From contig JBKBMC010000001.1 of NCBI GenBank assembly GCA_046296075.1, forward strand, positions 13,371 to 77,370: 64,000 bases of DNA, in the 5' to 3' direction. Made by a program: the position numbers and the translations under genes. Under the pieces are notes generated by a model. That model was not told where the DNA came from, did not search any database, and saw only the letters and a list, made by a program, of their open reading frames with translations. This DNA is from Erythrobacter sp. (lineage in GTDB: Bacteria > Pseudomonadota > Alphaproteobacteria > Sphingomonadales > Sphingomonadaceae). Numbering within the stretch: position 1 is the first letter of the stretch; each line of letters begins with the position of its first letter. Shown here one piece after another: positions 18,819-29,538 of the stretch.

Positions 18819-20054
18819 TTACCGGGAGATAACGACGCCGCCCTTGAACAGGGCGGTGACGCGTCCTTGCGTGCCTTGCCGATCAAACGGGGTGTTATCG
18901 GCTGTCGCCGCCATCTTGCGGCGATCGATGATCCACGGCGCTTCCGGGTCGATAATGGCGACATCTGCCTCCATTCCCGGTACGAGCTCACCTGCGACGA
19001 CGCCGAGCAGCCGCGCCGGATTACGAGCCATCAGATCGAAGGCGCGCGGCAGATCGATCAGACCATCGCGCACCAGCCCCAATACCATCGCCAGCAGCGT
19101 TTCAGCCCCCGCCATCCCCGGTGCGGCATCGGCAAAGGGCAGGCGTTTGTCTTCCGGCCCGCGCGGGTCGTGCCCGCTCGCGATGACGTCCACTGTTCCA
19201 TCGGCAATGGCGGCAAGTGCTGCCTGCCGATCAGCTTCCGGACGCAAGGGCGGCGAAAGTCGCATGAAAGTGCGGAAGTCGGCGGTCGCAAGATCGGACA
19301 GCATGAAATGCGCAGGCGTAATCCCGCAGGTAACGGGCAAACCGCGTGCCTTGGCCTCGCGCACCAGCGCGAAGCCCCGCGCCGTTGTCACCTGACGGAT
19401 ATGGAGCCGCGCCCCTGCCAGTTCGGCAAGCGTGATGTCGCGGGCGATCGCCAGCGCCTCGGCCTCGGCAGGCGCGGCAGGAAGGCCAAGCCGGGTTGCG
19501 ATCTCGCCTGCGGTGGCTGCTGCCTCCCCGGCGAGAGCAGCATCCTCCGCATGAGTCACGACCACCAGATCAAGCATCGCAGCATATTGCAGCAGCCGCA
19601 GCATCACGCCCGAATCCGCAATCCATCGCCGCCCGGTGGCAATGCCGCGGGCGCCCGCCTCTTTCATGAGCGCGATTTCCGCCAGTTCCCGGCCTTCGAG
19701 CGCGCGGGTGGCGGCAGCCAAGGGGTGCACCCAAAGATCAGGCTTGCCGCTTTTGGCGATGAAATTGATCCGGCTCGGATAATCGAGCGGCGGGGATTGA
19801 TCAGGCATCAGCGCGGCGCGCGTGATCCCGCCAAAATGGAATGCGGGCTTGTCGATGGCGAAGACTCCCAGATCGACAAGCCCGGGAGCGATCAGTTTGC
19901 CCCGCGCATCGACTACCTCGTCACCATCTTCGGGCACGACACCCGCGCCCGCCGCGACAATCATGCCGCCGACACACCGCACCGCGCCTGCGTTCACGCC
20001 CTCGGGCGTGACCACCTGCCCGCCGGTGATGGTAAGAGGCCGCACCTGCTTCAT
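18819..20054 (-). CDS. pyrC: Dihydroorotase-like protein, probably inactive PyrC'
   Basis: Amidohydrolase fold, coupled to pyrB; the HxH motif is replaced by DLGVF. Confidence 0.85.
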   Translation of the reverse strand: MKQVRPLTITGGQVVTPEGVNAGAVRCVGGMIVAAGAGVVPEDGDEVVDARGKLIAPGLVDLGVFAIDKPAFHFGGITRAALMPDQSPPLDYPSRINFIAKSGKPDLWVHPLAAATRALEGRELAEIALMKEAGARGIATGRRWIADSGVMLRLLQYAAMLDLVVVTHAEDAALAGEAAATAGEIATRLGLPAAPAEAEALAIARDITLAELAGARLHIRQVTTARGFALVREAKARGLPVTCGITPAHFMLSDLATADFRTFMRLSPPLRPEADRQAALAAIADGTVDVIASGHDPRGPEDKRLPFADAAPGMAGAETLLAMVLGLVRDGLIDLPRAFDLMARNPARLLGVVAGELVPGMEADVAIIDPEAPWIIDRRKMAATADNTPFDRQGTQGRVTALFKGGVVISR

Positions 20055-21070
20055 GCCGCCCAGCCCTCGACGCCGCGCGCCGTGCGGGTCAGGATGTCAA
20101 GGCACGCCATGCGGATCGCGACCCCCATCTCGACCTGCTGGGTGATGATCGAACGATCCAGCATGTCAGCCACCTCGCTGTCGATCTCGACCCCCCGGTT
20201 CATCGGTCCGGGATGCATCACCAGCGCGTGCGGCGCGGCCCGTGCGAGGCGTTGCTGTGTCAGCCCGTAAAGGTGGTGATATTCGCGGGCCGAAGGGATG
20301 AATTGGCCGGCCATGCGCTCTTGTTGCAGGCGCAGCATCATCACCACATCTGCCCCTTCGAGCGCGGCATCGAAATTGTGGAACACCTCGACACCCATCG
20401 CCGCAATGCCGGCTGGCATGAGGGCAGGCGGCGCGCAGACCCGCACACAGGCACCAAGCGCGGTGAGGCTGAGTATGTTCGAGCGTGCCACCCGGCTGTG
20501 CAGGATATCGCCGCAGATCACGATCTTCAGTCCGGTGAAATCCTCACAAACCTGCCCCAGCTCAGCAAGCTTGCGACGCAAAGCAAGCGCATCGAGTAAC
20601 GCCTGCGTCGGATGTTCGTGGCTGCCATCGCCCGCGTTCAGCACCGGACAATCCACCTTGTCGGCAATCAGCCGCGTGGCACCGGATGAGCCGTGGCGGA
20701 TCACAATCGCATCGGCGCGCATCGCGTTCAATGTGATCGCGGTGTCGATCAGCGTCTCGCCCTTCTTCACGCTCGAAGTCGCGGCCTGCATGTTGACGAC
20801 ATCCGCACCGAGCCGCTTGCCCGCGATCTCGAAACTCAGCAGCGTGCGGGTCGAGTTCTCGAAGAAGGCATTGATGATCGTAAGGCCCGCGAGCAAATCG
20901 GAATGCTTCGAACGCTGGCGGTTCAGTTCCACCCACTGCTCGGCCTCGGCCAGCAGATAGAGGATCTCGTGGCGGGCGAGCTGCCCGATCCCGGTCAGAT
21001 CGCGATGGGGAAATGCGAGCCGTCCGCCAGGAAAGCGGCCCGTCGCTTGCAAAGTGCCCTGATCGTTCAT
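20051..21070 (-). CDS. pyrB: Aspartate carbamoyltransferase catalytic subunit
   Basis: [22 protein letters not shown] and HPGPMNRG. Confidence 0.97.
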   Translation of the reverse strand: MNDQGTLQATGRFPGGRLAFPHRDLTGIGQLARHEILYLLAEAEQWVELNRQRSKHSDLLAGLTIINAFFENSTRTLLSFEIAGKRLGADVVNMQAATSSVKKGETLIDTAITLNAMRADAIVIRHGSSGATRLIADKVDCPVLNAGDGSHEHPTQALLDALALRRKLAELGQVCEDFTGLKIVICGDILHSRVARSNILSLTALGACVRVCAPPALMPAGIAAMGVEVFHNFDAALEGADVVMMLRLQQERMAGQFIPSAREYHHLYGLTQQRLARAAPHALVMHPGPMNRGVEIDSEVADMLDRSIITQQVEMGVAIRMACLDILTRTARGVEGWAA

Positions 21071-21220
21071 CGCGCCAACGCCCTTAGTCGAGCGCCATCG
21101 ACTGCTCAACCCATAGGAACCTCGCTTTTGCTTGGAAGTTTGATCAAGGCGCGTCAATACAACGAGAAATGCGCAAAGTGCGCTGGATTTGCCGAAAAAG
21201 CGCGCAAAAGGGGTCCATCA

Positions 21221-23122
21221 ATGAATTTTGTCCGCATGATCTGGAAATTGCTGGTCGCGATCAAGGACGGGCTGGTTCTCCTGTTCATGCTGCTGTTTTT
21301 CGCGCTGCTGTTCAGCGCGCTGGCAGCCCGCCCCAGCCCCGGCCAGGTGCGCGAAGGCGCGCTCGAAATCGATCTGGCGGGCTTCATTGTCGAAGAAGCC
21401 TCGCCGGTTGATCCTTTCACCGCATTGCTCAGCGGCGAAGCCCCCATCGAGGAATTCCAGTCGCGCGATCTGGTGCGCGCGCTGGATGCGGCGGCAGAGG
21501 ACAAGCGGATCAAGGCGGTGGTGCTTGATCTGTCGCGGTTCCTTGGCGGCGGGCAAGTCCACATGCAGGAAGTGGGCGAAGCGCTTGACCGGGTGCGCAA
21601 GGCGAAAAAGCCGGTGCTGACCTATGGCCTTGCCTATGGTGATGATCACCTGCATCTCGCGGCCCATGCCAGCGAGGTGTGGCTTGATCCGCAAGGCGGC
21701 GCGGTCATCAACGGACCGGGCGGCAGCAGGCTCTACTACGCCGATCTGCTTGATCGCCTCGGTATCAATGCGCGGATTTATCGCGTGGGCGAGTTCAAAT
21801 CGGCGGTTGAGCCCTATGCGCGCAATTCGATGTCGGATGAGGCGCGCCAGAACATTGCGGGCGTCTACGAAGCGCTCTGGAGCGAGTGGCAGGCCCATGT
21901 GAAAAAGGCCCGCCCCAAGCTCAAGCTCGAACAGGTGACGAGCGATCCGGTCGGCTGGCTTGGCGAATCGGGCGGCGATCTCGCCAAGGCCTCGCTTGCG
22001 GCCGGGCTTGTCGACAAGCTGGGTGATCGGGTCGCCTTCGGCCAGCGCGTCGCTGAAATCGCGGGCGAGAGCCGTTCGAGCAAGCTTCCCGGCGCCTATG
22101 CCAGCAGCGAATATCCCGCTTTCCTTGCGGCGAACCCCGCCCCGAGCAAGGGCAAAACCATCGGCGTTGTGACGATTGCAGGCGAGATCGTCGATGGCGA
22201 GGCTGGACCCGGCACGGCAGGCGGCACGCGCATCGCGACGCTTCTGGATGAGGCGCTTCAGGAAGATTTTGCCGCGCTGGTTGTGCGGGTCGATTCGCCC
22301 GGTGGCTCGGCCATCGCGTCGGAAGAAATCCGCCGTGCGATCCAGCGCCATCGCGACAAGAAAATCCCGGTTGCCGTCTCCTTTGCCAATGTCGCGGCAA
22401 GCGGCGGGTACTGGGTCTCGATGTCCGCCGACCGTATCTTTGCCCAACCCGAAACCGTGACCGGATCGATCGGCGTATTCGCGGTGCTGCCGACGCTGGA
22501 AAAGGCAATCGGCAAGATCGGGGTAAGTGCCGATGGCTATCGCACCACCGCTCTTTCAGGCCAGCCCGACATCCTCGGAGGCCTCACGCCCGAAGCCGAT
22601 GCGATGGTGCAGGCCTCGATCAGTGCCACCTACCGCGACTTCCTCGCACTGGTCAGCGCGGCGCGCGGGATCGACGTGGCCAAGCTTGATCCTATCGCGC
22701 AGGGCCGGATATGGGATGGCGGCACCGCGCGCCAGCTTGGCCTGGTGGACCAGTTCGGCGGGCTGGAGGATGCGCTTGGCTGGGCGGCCCAGAAAGCCGG
22801 GCTCAAGGAAGGCGAATGGCACGCGCGCTATCTCGGCAGCGAGAGCGGGCGTTACGATTCGCTCCTGCGCCAACTGCTTTCGAGCGAGGCGAAGGCCGCA
22901 CCAGCCACCCAGCGTGCCGATCTGTTCGGCCTTGCCGCACGCCAGCAGGCAATGCTGGCAAGCCAGCTCAGCGCGGACCTTGCGCGGCTGATGGGTGGCG
23001 GCGGGGTGCAGGCCTATTGCCTCGAATGCCCGGAACGCCGCCCCGCGCAAGTTACCGCGGAAAGCCATCTGGGCGGATCGGGGCCATGGCTGATCACAGT
23101 GTTGCGCTGGCTGGGAGCCTAA
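21221..23122 (+). CDS. sppA: Signal peptide peptidase SppA (67K type)
   Basis: GEFKSAVEP, RVDSPGGS, AASGGYW and TGSIGV; tandem domains. Confidence 0.95.
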   Translation: MNFVRMIWKLLVAIKDGLVLLFMLLFFALLFSALAARPSPGQVREGALEIDLAGFIVEEASPVDPFTALLSGEAPIEEFQSRDLVRALDAAAEDKRIKAVVLDLSRFLGGGQVHMQEVGEALDRVRKAKKPVLTYGLAYGDDHLHLAAHASEVWLDPQGGAVINGPGGSRLYYADLLDRLGINARIYRVGEFKSAVEPYARNSMSDEARQNIAGVYEALWSEWQAHVKKARPKLKLEQVTSDPVGWLGESGGDLAKASLAAGLVDKLGDRVAFGQRVAEIAGESRSSKLPGAYASSEYPAFLAANPAPSKGKTIGVVTIAGEIVDGEAGPGTAGGTRIATLLDEALQEDFAALVVRVDSPGGSAIASEEIRRAIQRHRDKKIPVAVSFANVAASGGYWVSMSADRIFAQPETVTGSIGVFAVLPTLEKAIGKIGVSADGYRTTALSGQPDILGGLTPEADAMVQASISATYRDFLALVSAARGIDVAKLDPIAQGRIWDGGTARQLGLVDQFGGLEDALGWAAQKAGLKEGEWHARYLGSESGRYDSLLRQLLSSEAKAAPATQRADLFGLAARQQAMLASQLSADLARLMGGGGVQAYCLECPERRPAQVTAESHLGGSGPWLITVLRWLGA

Positions 23123-23160
23123 GGTTGCCAGCGCAATTCATTGCCTGGCACGCTTGGCGC

Positions 23161-23189
23161 TTGCCAAGCGCGCCGGGCCTGATTAAAGG
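23161..23189 (+). promoter_or_regulatory. Sigma70-type promoter for tRNA-Val (TTGCCA-N17-TAAAGG)
   Basis: 17-nt spacing, 40 nt upstream of the tRNA, GC-rich discriminator. Confidence 0.55.
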
Positions 23190-23228
23190 CGCGCCCCTGT
23201 CCAGCGGCCACACAGGCCCTTGCGGGAC

Positions 23229-23303
23229 GGGCGCGTAGCTCAGCGGTAGAGCACACCCTTCACACGGGTGGGGTCACAGGTTCAATCCCTGTCGCGCCCA
23301 CCA
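23229..23303 (+). tRNA. tRNA-Val (CAC)
   Basis: 75-nt cloverleaf GGGCGCG...CGCGCCCACCA; anticodon arm CACCC-TTCACAC-GGGTG. Confidence 0.97.
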
Positions 23304-23406
23304 TCTTTTCAGACCCCACGCGAAAAGATGGCGCAGTTTCGGCCCACCCGCGACCACTCATATTGCGGGGCTAGGATCGCCGCCCGATCTGTGCGAGTTT
23401 CACGCG

Positions 23407-24165
23407 ATGGCGCTGTTCGAAGCTCTTGTCGTTGTCCACATCATCACCGGCACCACCGGGCTGATTGCCTTCTGGGGTCCGATTGCCACCCGCAAGGGCG
23501 CGGCCAATCACCGCAAATGGGGCAAGGTCGCGTGCTACGGCTTTCTCGGCGCCGGGGTACTGGCGATCGCAATGGCGCTGCTTTCACTTTACGGGCCGGA
23601 AAAGCGCATCCCCTCAATCACCGACCGGGAACTGTTCGCCGGGCTGTTCGGCTGGATGATGCTCTACCTTGGCTGCCTGACGATTGGCTTTGTCGATTAT
23701 GGCCTCGCCGTGGTGCGCCACGCGCGCGATCACACGGCCTTGCGACGCGCACGCTATCAGAGCGTGATTGGCGCAGTGGTGATCTCGGGCGCATGGTGCG
23801 GCTGGTTCGGATGGAAGGTCGGACACCCGCTGATGATGATTGTCGCAGGGATCGGGCTTGTCGCGATGGCGATGCAGCAACGCTTTATCTGGAGCGCAGC
23901 GCCGCCCCGAGCCATGTATATCGGAGAGCATTTCCGCGCGCTGATCGGCATGGGGATTTCCGCCTACACCGCGTTCCTTTCGGTCGGGCTGGTGCGCGCT
24001 TTCCCCGAACATGTCTTCAATCCGCTGATCTGGGCCGGACCAAGCACGATCGGCGTCGGCCTGATCATCTATTTCACCGTGAAGGGCAAAGCTGCGCGCA
24101 AACCCGCGTCACGGCCGCGCCCAGCGCCGGAGCAGATTGGCGATGGTCTTGTCCAGGGTGAGTGA
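23407..24165 (+). CDS. Multi-pass membrane protein (DUF2306-like)
   Basis: HIITG...KG..HRKWGK, EHFRAL and SAYTAF; about 7 TM helices. Confidence 0.7.
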   Translation: MALFEALVVVHIITGTTGLIAFWGPIATRKGAANHRKWGKVACYGFLGAGVLAIAMALLSLYGPEKRIPSITDRELFAGLFGWMMLYLGCLTIGFVDYGLAVVRHARDHTALRRARYQSVIGAVVISGAWCGWFGWKVGHPLMMIVAGIGLVAMAMQQRFIWSAAPPRAMYIGEHFRALIGMGISAYTAFLSVGLVRAFPEHVFNPLIWAGPSTIGVGLIIYFTVKGKAARKPASRPRPAPEQIGDGLVQGE

Positions 24166-24789
24166 TTCGGGCGCCTGACCAGGCAAGCGGGCGCGCAGGG
24201 CCACGCGGAGATTTTCGAGATCAAACAGGATTTCACGCGCGGCGGCATCGGCCACCATGCTCTCGATCCAGCCGACACACACGATGCGCTGCCCGCGTGT
24301 GACCGGGCGCACTTCGTGCAGCGCGGTGGATGGATAGAGCACCAGTTCGCCCGGCGCGCCCTTCACTTCATCGGCCCCGCTTGCCGAATGGATCACAAGT
24401 TCACCCCCGTCGTAATCCTCGGGCGGGGTAAGAAAGAGAGTGAAACTGAGATCGGTGCGCATCGCCTCGCCACTGGCCGACTTCATCACCGCATTATCGA
24501 CGTGAAGGCCGTAATGGCCGCCGTCTTGCGTCTTGCTGATGATAAGGTTCGAAAAGCGGCGCGGCTGCGCGGCCGCACGCAGCACCGGATGCGCGGCAAG
24601 GATTGCCTGCACCTCTTCCGCAAGCGTGCGGGCAGGCACGGCATTCATCGCAGCTTGCAGGTTGTGCTTGACGGCGCGCGCCACCGGCCCGGCCGTTGCA
24701 GCCCCGTCGCGCCATTCGAGCAGCGCAAGCTTTTCGGTGATGGCCGCGCGTTGCGCAGCATCGGGAATGGCGGAAATCAGAAGGATCAT
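24109..24789 (-). CDS. PKHD-type Fe(II)/2OG dioxygenase (PiuC/YbiX-like)
   Basis: WRDGAATAG, HVDNA, RTDLSFTLFL, YDGGEL and LHEVRPVTRGQR. Confidence 0.92.
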   Translation of the reverse strand: MILLISAIPDAAQRAAITEKLALLEWRDGAATAGPVARAVKHNLQAAMNAVPARTLAEEVQAILAAHPVLRAAAQPRRFSNLIISKTQDGGHYGLHVDNAVMKSASGEAMRTDLSFTLFLTPPEDYDGGELVIHSASGADEVKGAPGELVLYPSTALHEVRPVTRGQRIVCVGWIESMVADAAAREILFDLENLRVALRARLPGQAPESLTLDKTIANLLRRWARP

Positions 24790-24832
24790 GGCACAGCGTC
24801 TCTAGCCCAGCCGAGGCGCGAACAAAACCGCC

Positions 24833-25531
24833 CTAGTCGCGCATCACGCCGCGCGCGACGAGTTCATTGACGGCTTTCGCAACATCCTCAAGCGATGGCT
24901 TGGAGCCGCGGGCTGCGTCGCGATCATCCCACACGGCATAGCGCAGGCCGACAAACACGTTCATTCCCATGATGGCCCAGGCCTCAAGCTCGCCCAGCCC
25001 ATCGCGGAATTCGCCGCTTGCGGTGCCCGCCGCAAGGCGCGCGGTGATGCGTTCGGCAACGGTTTCGTAATGCGTGCGGTAGCTGGCCGGATCGACGAAT
25101 TCGGCTTCGTCGATGATGCGGTAGATTTCCTTATGCTCGCGGGCAAAGCGCAGGAAGGCCGTAAGCGCAGCGCGCTCGATAGCGATGGCATTCATACCGG
25201 GCGCCAGCGCAGCGCGTGCGCTGGATCGCACGTTTTCGCTCATATCCTGCACCAAAGCGCGGAACAGTGCCTCTTTACTGTCGAAATAGGTGTAAAAACT
25301 GCCGAGCGCGACACCTGCCCGGCGGGTGATCGAACTCACCGACGCTTCGTGGAAGCCTTTTTCGCCGAATTCGATGGCCGAGGCATCAAGCAGCTTGCGC
25401 AAGGTGCGTCGCCCGCGCTCGGTCCGCGGGGTCTTGGCATCGCTGCCCGCACGCGGGTGGGCTTCCTTCGGCCGCTCAGACAGATCCGCGACTGCGCCGC
25501 TGGCAAGCTTGCGACTGTTGCTCATCTGCAT
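24833..25531 (-). CDS. TetR-family regulator
   Basis: HTH GFHEASVSSITRRAGVALGSFYTYFDSKE; divergent from the TonB receptor gene. Confidence 0.92.
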   Translation of the reverse strand: MQMSNSRKLASGAVADLSERPKEAHPRAGSDAKTPRTERGRRTLRKLLDASAIEFGEKGFHEASVSSITRRAGVALGSFYTYFDSKEALFRALVQDMSENVRSSARAALAPGMNAIAIERAALTAFLRFAREHKEIYRIIDEAEFVDPASYRTHYETVAERITARLAAGTASGEFRDGLGELEAWAIMGMNVFVGLRYAVWDDRDAARGSKPSLEDVAKAVNELVARGVMRD

Positions 25532-25582
25532 CTCCCTCCGCCCTTTCGCTAGCCCGCCTCAGGGGATGGCGCAAGGATTAAC

Positions 25583-25605
25583 TTGAAAGCTGGTTCAACT
25601 TTCAA
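25583..25605. promoter_or_regulatory. Probable TetR operator
   Basis: Perfect inverted repeat TTGAAAG-N9-CTTTCAA in the divergent intergenic region. Confidence 0.6.
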
Positions 25606-25643
25606 TATCACTCCCGTAACAAGGGTAGGAGAGGAACCAATCC

Positions 25644-27998
25644 ATGAATTACGGGGCTATCAAGTTTCGCAGCTGCCACCGCGCAGCCTTGCTCGCCGGA
25701 TGCGCCGGCATTGCCGCTTTCGCCGCACCTGCCGCCGCGCAGGATGTGACGGAAGACAGCGCGCCGGCGGTTGTCGACGTGACCGATGGCGATATCGTCG
25801 TCACCGCGCGCCGCCGCGAGGAGCGCTTGCAGGATGTGCCGCTTTCGATCACCGCCTTCACCGGCGAAGCCCTGCTCCAGCAAGGCATCCAGGATCTCAC
25901 CCAGATTGGCCAGCAGGTGCCCAACATCACGCTTGAGGTCAGCCGCGGCACCAACACCACACTCACCGCCTTTATCCGCGGTGTCGGCCAGCAGGATCCG
26001 GTCGCCGGTTTCGAAGCGGGCGTGGGCCTCTATATCGATGATGTTTACCTCAACCGGCCGCAAGCCGCTGTGCTCGACATCTACGAGGTTGATCGCATCG
26101 AAGTACTGCGCGGCCCGCAAGGCACGCTTTACGGGCGCAACACCATCGGCGGCGCGATCAAGTATGTGACAGCGCCCCTGCCCGATGAAACGCGCCTCAA
26201 GGTGCGCGGCACCTACGGCTCGTTTGATCAGGCCGATCTGATCGTAACCGGCTCAACCCCGATCACAGACAGCCTCAAGATCGGGGCAACCGGGGCGCGC
26301 CTTTCGCGCGGCGGGTTCGGGCGCAATCTCAATCTCGGAACCGAGAATTACAACAAGGATATCTGGGCCGGGCGCGGCACCCTCGAATTCAACAGCGGCC
26401 CGGTGGCGGTGCGCCTCACTGGCGATTATCTCAAGGACACCAGCGAACCGCGTCAGGGCCATCGCCTGACCCCCGGCCTGGTCAGCGGCGCGCCCGTCCT
26501 TCCCAATGTGTTTGATACCCGCGCCGGGCTCAACATCACCGATCAGCAAGTCGAAGCCTATGGCGGCGCGCTCAACATCGCAATCAATCTGACCGACACG
26601 CTCACCTTCAAGTCGATCACCGCCTATCGCGAGGACAAGTCGACGACGCCGATCGATTTCGACAGCTTGCCTGCCGCCGATCTCGATGTGCCCGCGATCT
26701 ACAACAATGACCAGTTCAGCCAGGAATTGCAGCTGCTTTATGAAGGCGAGCGGCTGTCGGGCGTGCTCGGGTTCTACTACCTCAATGCCAATGCGTTCAC
26801 CGCTTTCGATGTGGCCTTGTTCACCACCGGCGCGCTGGTCGGCCTGCCGGGGCTGAACGCGCAGACTCTCGGCGACGTGAACACTGATACATGGTCGGTC
26901 TTTGGTGACTTCACCTACAAGCTGACCGACCAGTTGAGCGTGTCGGTCGGCGGGCGTTACACCCGCGACCAGCGCACCAGTCAGGTGCTGCGCACAACCT
27001 TCATCGGGGGTTTTTCCAATCTGTTTGACGGAGCGGGCATTCCGATTGCGGTCACCAGCAATTTCAACGGCAGCGCCACCTTCGAGGATTTCAACCCGCG
27101 CGCCTCGATCAGCTACCAGCCCAACCGCAATCACAATTTCTACCTGACCTATTCGCAGGGCTTCAAGGGCGGCGGCTTCGACCCGCGCGGCCAGACCACG
27201 GCCTGCCGCAATGCAACCGGCGGGCTGTGCACTCCGCAGCAAATTTTCGACTTCATGAGCTTCGAGCCGGAAACGGTCGACAGCTACGAAGCCGGCTGGA
27301 AAGCCTCGCTGCTGGATAACCGGGTGAATATCCGCCTCGCGGGCTTCCTCGGACAGTACAAGAATGTCCAGATCCCCGGCTCGGTCGGCTTTGACAGCAA
27401 CGGCGACGGGATCAACGACAGCTTTATCGGCATCACCTCGAACGCGGCGAGCGCAGATATCAACGGGGTCGAGTTCGAAGGCACCGCGCTCATCGGCAAG
27501 GATTTTGCCGGAGCCGGCAGCCGTCTGTCGATCAACTGGTCGCTTGGCTATATTGATGCGCAGTTCAACACCTTCATCGATGCCTTCGGGCAGGATGTGG
27601 CGAGCCAGCGGGTGTTCCAGAACACCCCTGATCTGACCGCGCATATGGGTTTCAACTTCGGTGTGCCGGTGGCCAAGGGGATGCTCGATTTCATCGGGAC
27701 GGTGTCGATGCGTTCGGATGCGAGCCAGTTCGAAGTGCCCAATCCGTTCCTTGATCAGGATGGCTTCGTGCTGGCCGATGCCAGCATCGTCTACACGCCC
27801 AATAATGGCCGCTTCACCATCGGGGTGCATGGCAAGAACCTGTTCGACAAGGAATATATCGTCGCCGGGTACAACTTCACCTTGGGTGGTTTCCCGCCGG
27901 GCACGCCGATCATCCCGACACTGGGCCGCGAAGGCACACTGACCGGCTTCTACGGCGATCCGCGCCGGATCTTTGTGACGGGCGAAGTCCGCTTCTGA
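25644..27998 (+). CDS. TonB-dependent receptor
   Basis: Signal peptide, DIVVTARRREE TonB box, IEVLRGPQGTLYGRN plug motif and terminal Phe. Confidence 0.95.
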   Translation: MNYGAIKFRSCHRAALLAGCAGIAAFAAPAAAQDVTEDSAPAVVDVTDGDIVVTARRREERLQDVPLSITAFTGEALLQQGIQDLTQIGQQVPNITLEVSRGTNTTLTAFIRGVGQQDPVAGFEAGVGLYIDDVYLNRPQAAVLDIYEVDRIEVLRGPQGTLYGRNTIGGAIKYVTAPLPDETRLKVRGTYGSFDQADLIVTGSTPITDSLKIGATGARLSRGGFGRNLNLGTENYNKDIWAGRGTLEFNSGPVAVRLTGDYLKDTSEPRQGHRLTPGLVSGAPVLPNVFDTRAGLNITDQQVEAYGGALNIAINLTDTLTFKSITAYREDKSTTPIDFDSLPAADLDVPAIYNNDQFSQELQLLYEGERLSGVLGFYYLNANAFTAFDVALFTTGALVGLPGLNAQTLGDVNTDTWSVFGDFTYKLTDQLSVSVGGRYTRDQRTSQVLRTTFIGGFSNLFDGAGIPIAVTSNFNGSATFEDFNPRASISYQPNRNHNFYLTYSQGFKGGGFDPRGQTTACRNATGGLCTPQQIFDFMSFEPETVDSYEAGWKASLLDNRVNIRLAGFLGQYKNVQIPGSVGFDSNGDGINDSFIGITSNAASADINGVEFEGTALIGKDFAGAGSRLSINWSLGYIDAQFNTFIDAFGQDVASQRVFQNTPDLTAHMGFNFGVPVAKGMLDFIGTVSMRSDASQFEVPNPFLDQDGFVLADASIVYTPNNGRFTIGVHGKNLFDKEYIVAGYNFTLGGFPPGTPIIPTLGREGTLTGFYGDPRRIFVTGEVRF

Positions 27999-28119
27999 GG
28001 TCTCTCCCCCGGAAGCTGATTTGCCCATGATCGGCAGGCGCGCCAATGGCTGGGGGGTCTTGGCGCGCCTGCTGATCAACTCTTTTCTTGTGGAGCCCAA
28101 GCGGGCATAGGCGCTGGCC

Positions 28120-29538
28120 ATGCATGATATCCGCTTTATCCGCGAAAACCCGCAAGACTTTGACGCTGCGCTGGCGCGCCGGGGGCTGGAGCCGCTGGCC
28201 GCGCAGCTGATCGCGATTGACGAGGAACGCCGCGCGCTCACCACCGAAGTGCAGGTGGCGCAGAGCCGCCGCAACGAAGCCTCGAAGCTGATCGGCGCAG
28301 CGATGGGCAAGGGTGACAAGGAGACGGCGGAGGCGATCAAGGCCGAGGTCGCCGCGCTGAAAGAGCAGATGCCCGCGCTTGAGGCCAAGGCGGATGAGGC
28401 AGCGGCGAAGCTCAAGGCCGCGCTCGAAGTGATCCCCAACCTCCCCGCCGCCGATGTGCCCGATGGCGCGGACGAAGAAGCCAATGTCGAGGTGAGCCGA
28501 TGGGGCAGCCCGCGGGAGTTCGATTTCACCCCCAAGGAGCACGCTGACCTTGCCCCTGCGCTGGGCATGGATTTCGAAACCGGCGCGCGGCTTTCGGGTG
28601 CGCGATTCACGTTCCTGCGTGGAGACATGGCCCGCCTGCACCGCGCTCTGGGCCAATTCATGCTCGACGTGCAGACCCGCGAGCATGGCTATGAAGAATG
28701 CAACCCGCCGGTTCTGGTGAATCGCGACGCCATGTATGGGACGGACAAGCTGCCGAAGTTTGCCAATGACAGCTTCGTTACTGACTTGTTCGATCCTTTC
28801 GAGCTTTACACTTTCAAAATCGAAGCACACAAAAGATGGGCGGCAGAAATTGGGATGTCTCGCGAAGATGCGCCTGATGTCTTCGAGCCGGAGGTATGGA
28901 ACGCACTTCCAAGCCCTCCCTCCAATCGCTGGCTCATCCCCACATCGGAAGTCAGTCTCACCGCCAGCGTTATGGGCGAGCTGCTTGACGAGGCCGCGCT
29001 GCCCCTGCGGCTCACCGCGCTCACGCTGTGCTTCCGTTCCGAAGCGGGCGCGGCGGGGCGCGATACGCGGGGGTTCATCCGCCAGCACCAGTTCGAGAAA
29101 TGCGAGCTGGTCAGCATCGTGCGCCCGGAGGATTCCGAGGCCGAACACCAGCGCATGGTCCGCTCGGCCGAGACCATTCTCGAACGCCTCGCCCTGCCCT
29201 ATCGCAAGCTGCTGCTGTGCACCGGCGACATGGGCTTCGGCGCGAGGAAGACCTATGATCTCGAAGTCTGGCTGCCCGGCCAAGGCGCTTTCCGCGAGAT
29301 TTCCTCGTGTTCGAACACCGGCGATTTTCAGGCCCGCCGCATGGGCACCCGCTACCGCGTGGCGGGTGAGCAGAAAAAGACCGAATTCGTCCACACCCTC
29401 AATGGCTCCGGCCTTGCGGTAGGCCGCACGCTGGTGGCGGTGATCGAGAATTACCAGAACGCCGATGGTTCTGTCACAGTGCCGGACGCCTTGCTCCCCT
29501 ATATGGGCGGCATCACCCGGTTGGAGCCTGCCGCCTGA
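28120..29538 (+). CDS. serS: Serine--tRNA ligase with internal insertion
   Basis: Coiled-coil arm, [27 protein letters not shown] and [11 protein letters not shown]. Confidence 0.97.
   Translation: MHDIRFIRENPQDFDAALARRGLEPLAAQLIAIDEERRALTTEVQVAQSRRNEASKLIGAAMGKGDKETAEAIKAEVAALKEQMPALEAKADEAAAKLKAALEVIPNLPAADVPDGADEEANVEVSRWGSPREFDFTPKEHADLAPALGMDFETGARLSGARFTFLRGDMARLHRALGQFMLDVQTREHGYEECNPPVLVNRDAMYGTDKLPKFANDSFVTDLFDPFELYTFKIEAHKRWAAEIGMSREDAPDVFEPEVWNALPSPPSNRWLIPTSEVSLTASVMGELLDEAALPLRLTALTLCFRSEAGAAGRDTRGFIRQHQFEKCELVSIVRPEDSEAEHQRMVRSAETILERLALPYRKLLLCTGDMGFGARKTYDLEVWLPGQGAFREISSCSNTGDFQARRMGTRYRVAGEQKKTEFVHTLNGSGLAVGRTLVAVIENYQNADGSVTVPDALLPYMGGITRLEPAA

Noticed and set aside
20693-21220. 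809-aa extended SppA
   Set aside because: The extension overlaps pyrB on the opposite strand; ATG 21221 gives the normal length.
23229-24800. tRNA-Val as an integration site for a genomic island
   Set aside because: No integrase, no duplicated tRNA 3' end seen, and composition looks native.
26253-28661. 802-aa minus-strand ORF
   Set aside because: Shadow of the TonB receptor and serS; it spans an intergenic region and has no domain signal.
28777-28926. serS insert as an intein or self-splicing intron
   Set aside because: Too short, lacks intein terminal residues and intron-like structure, and stays in frame. Retained as an insertion finding.
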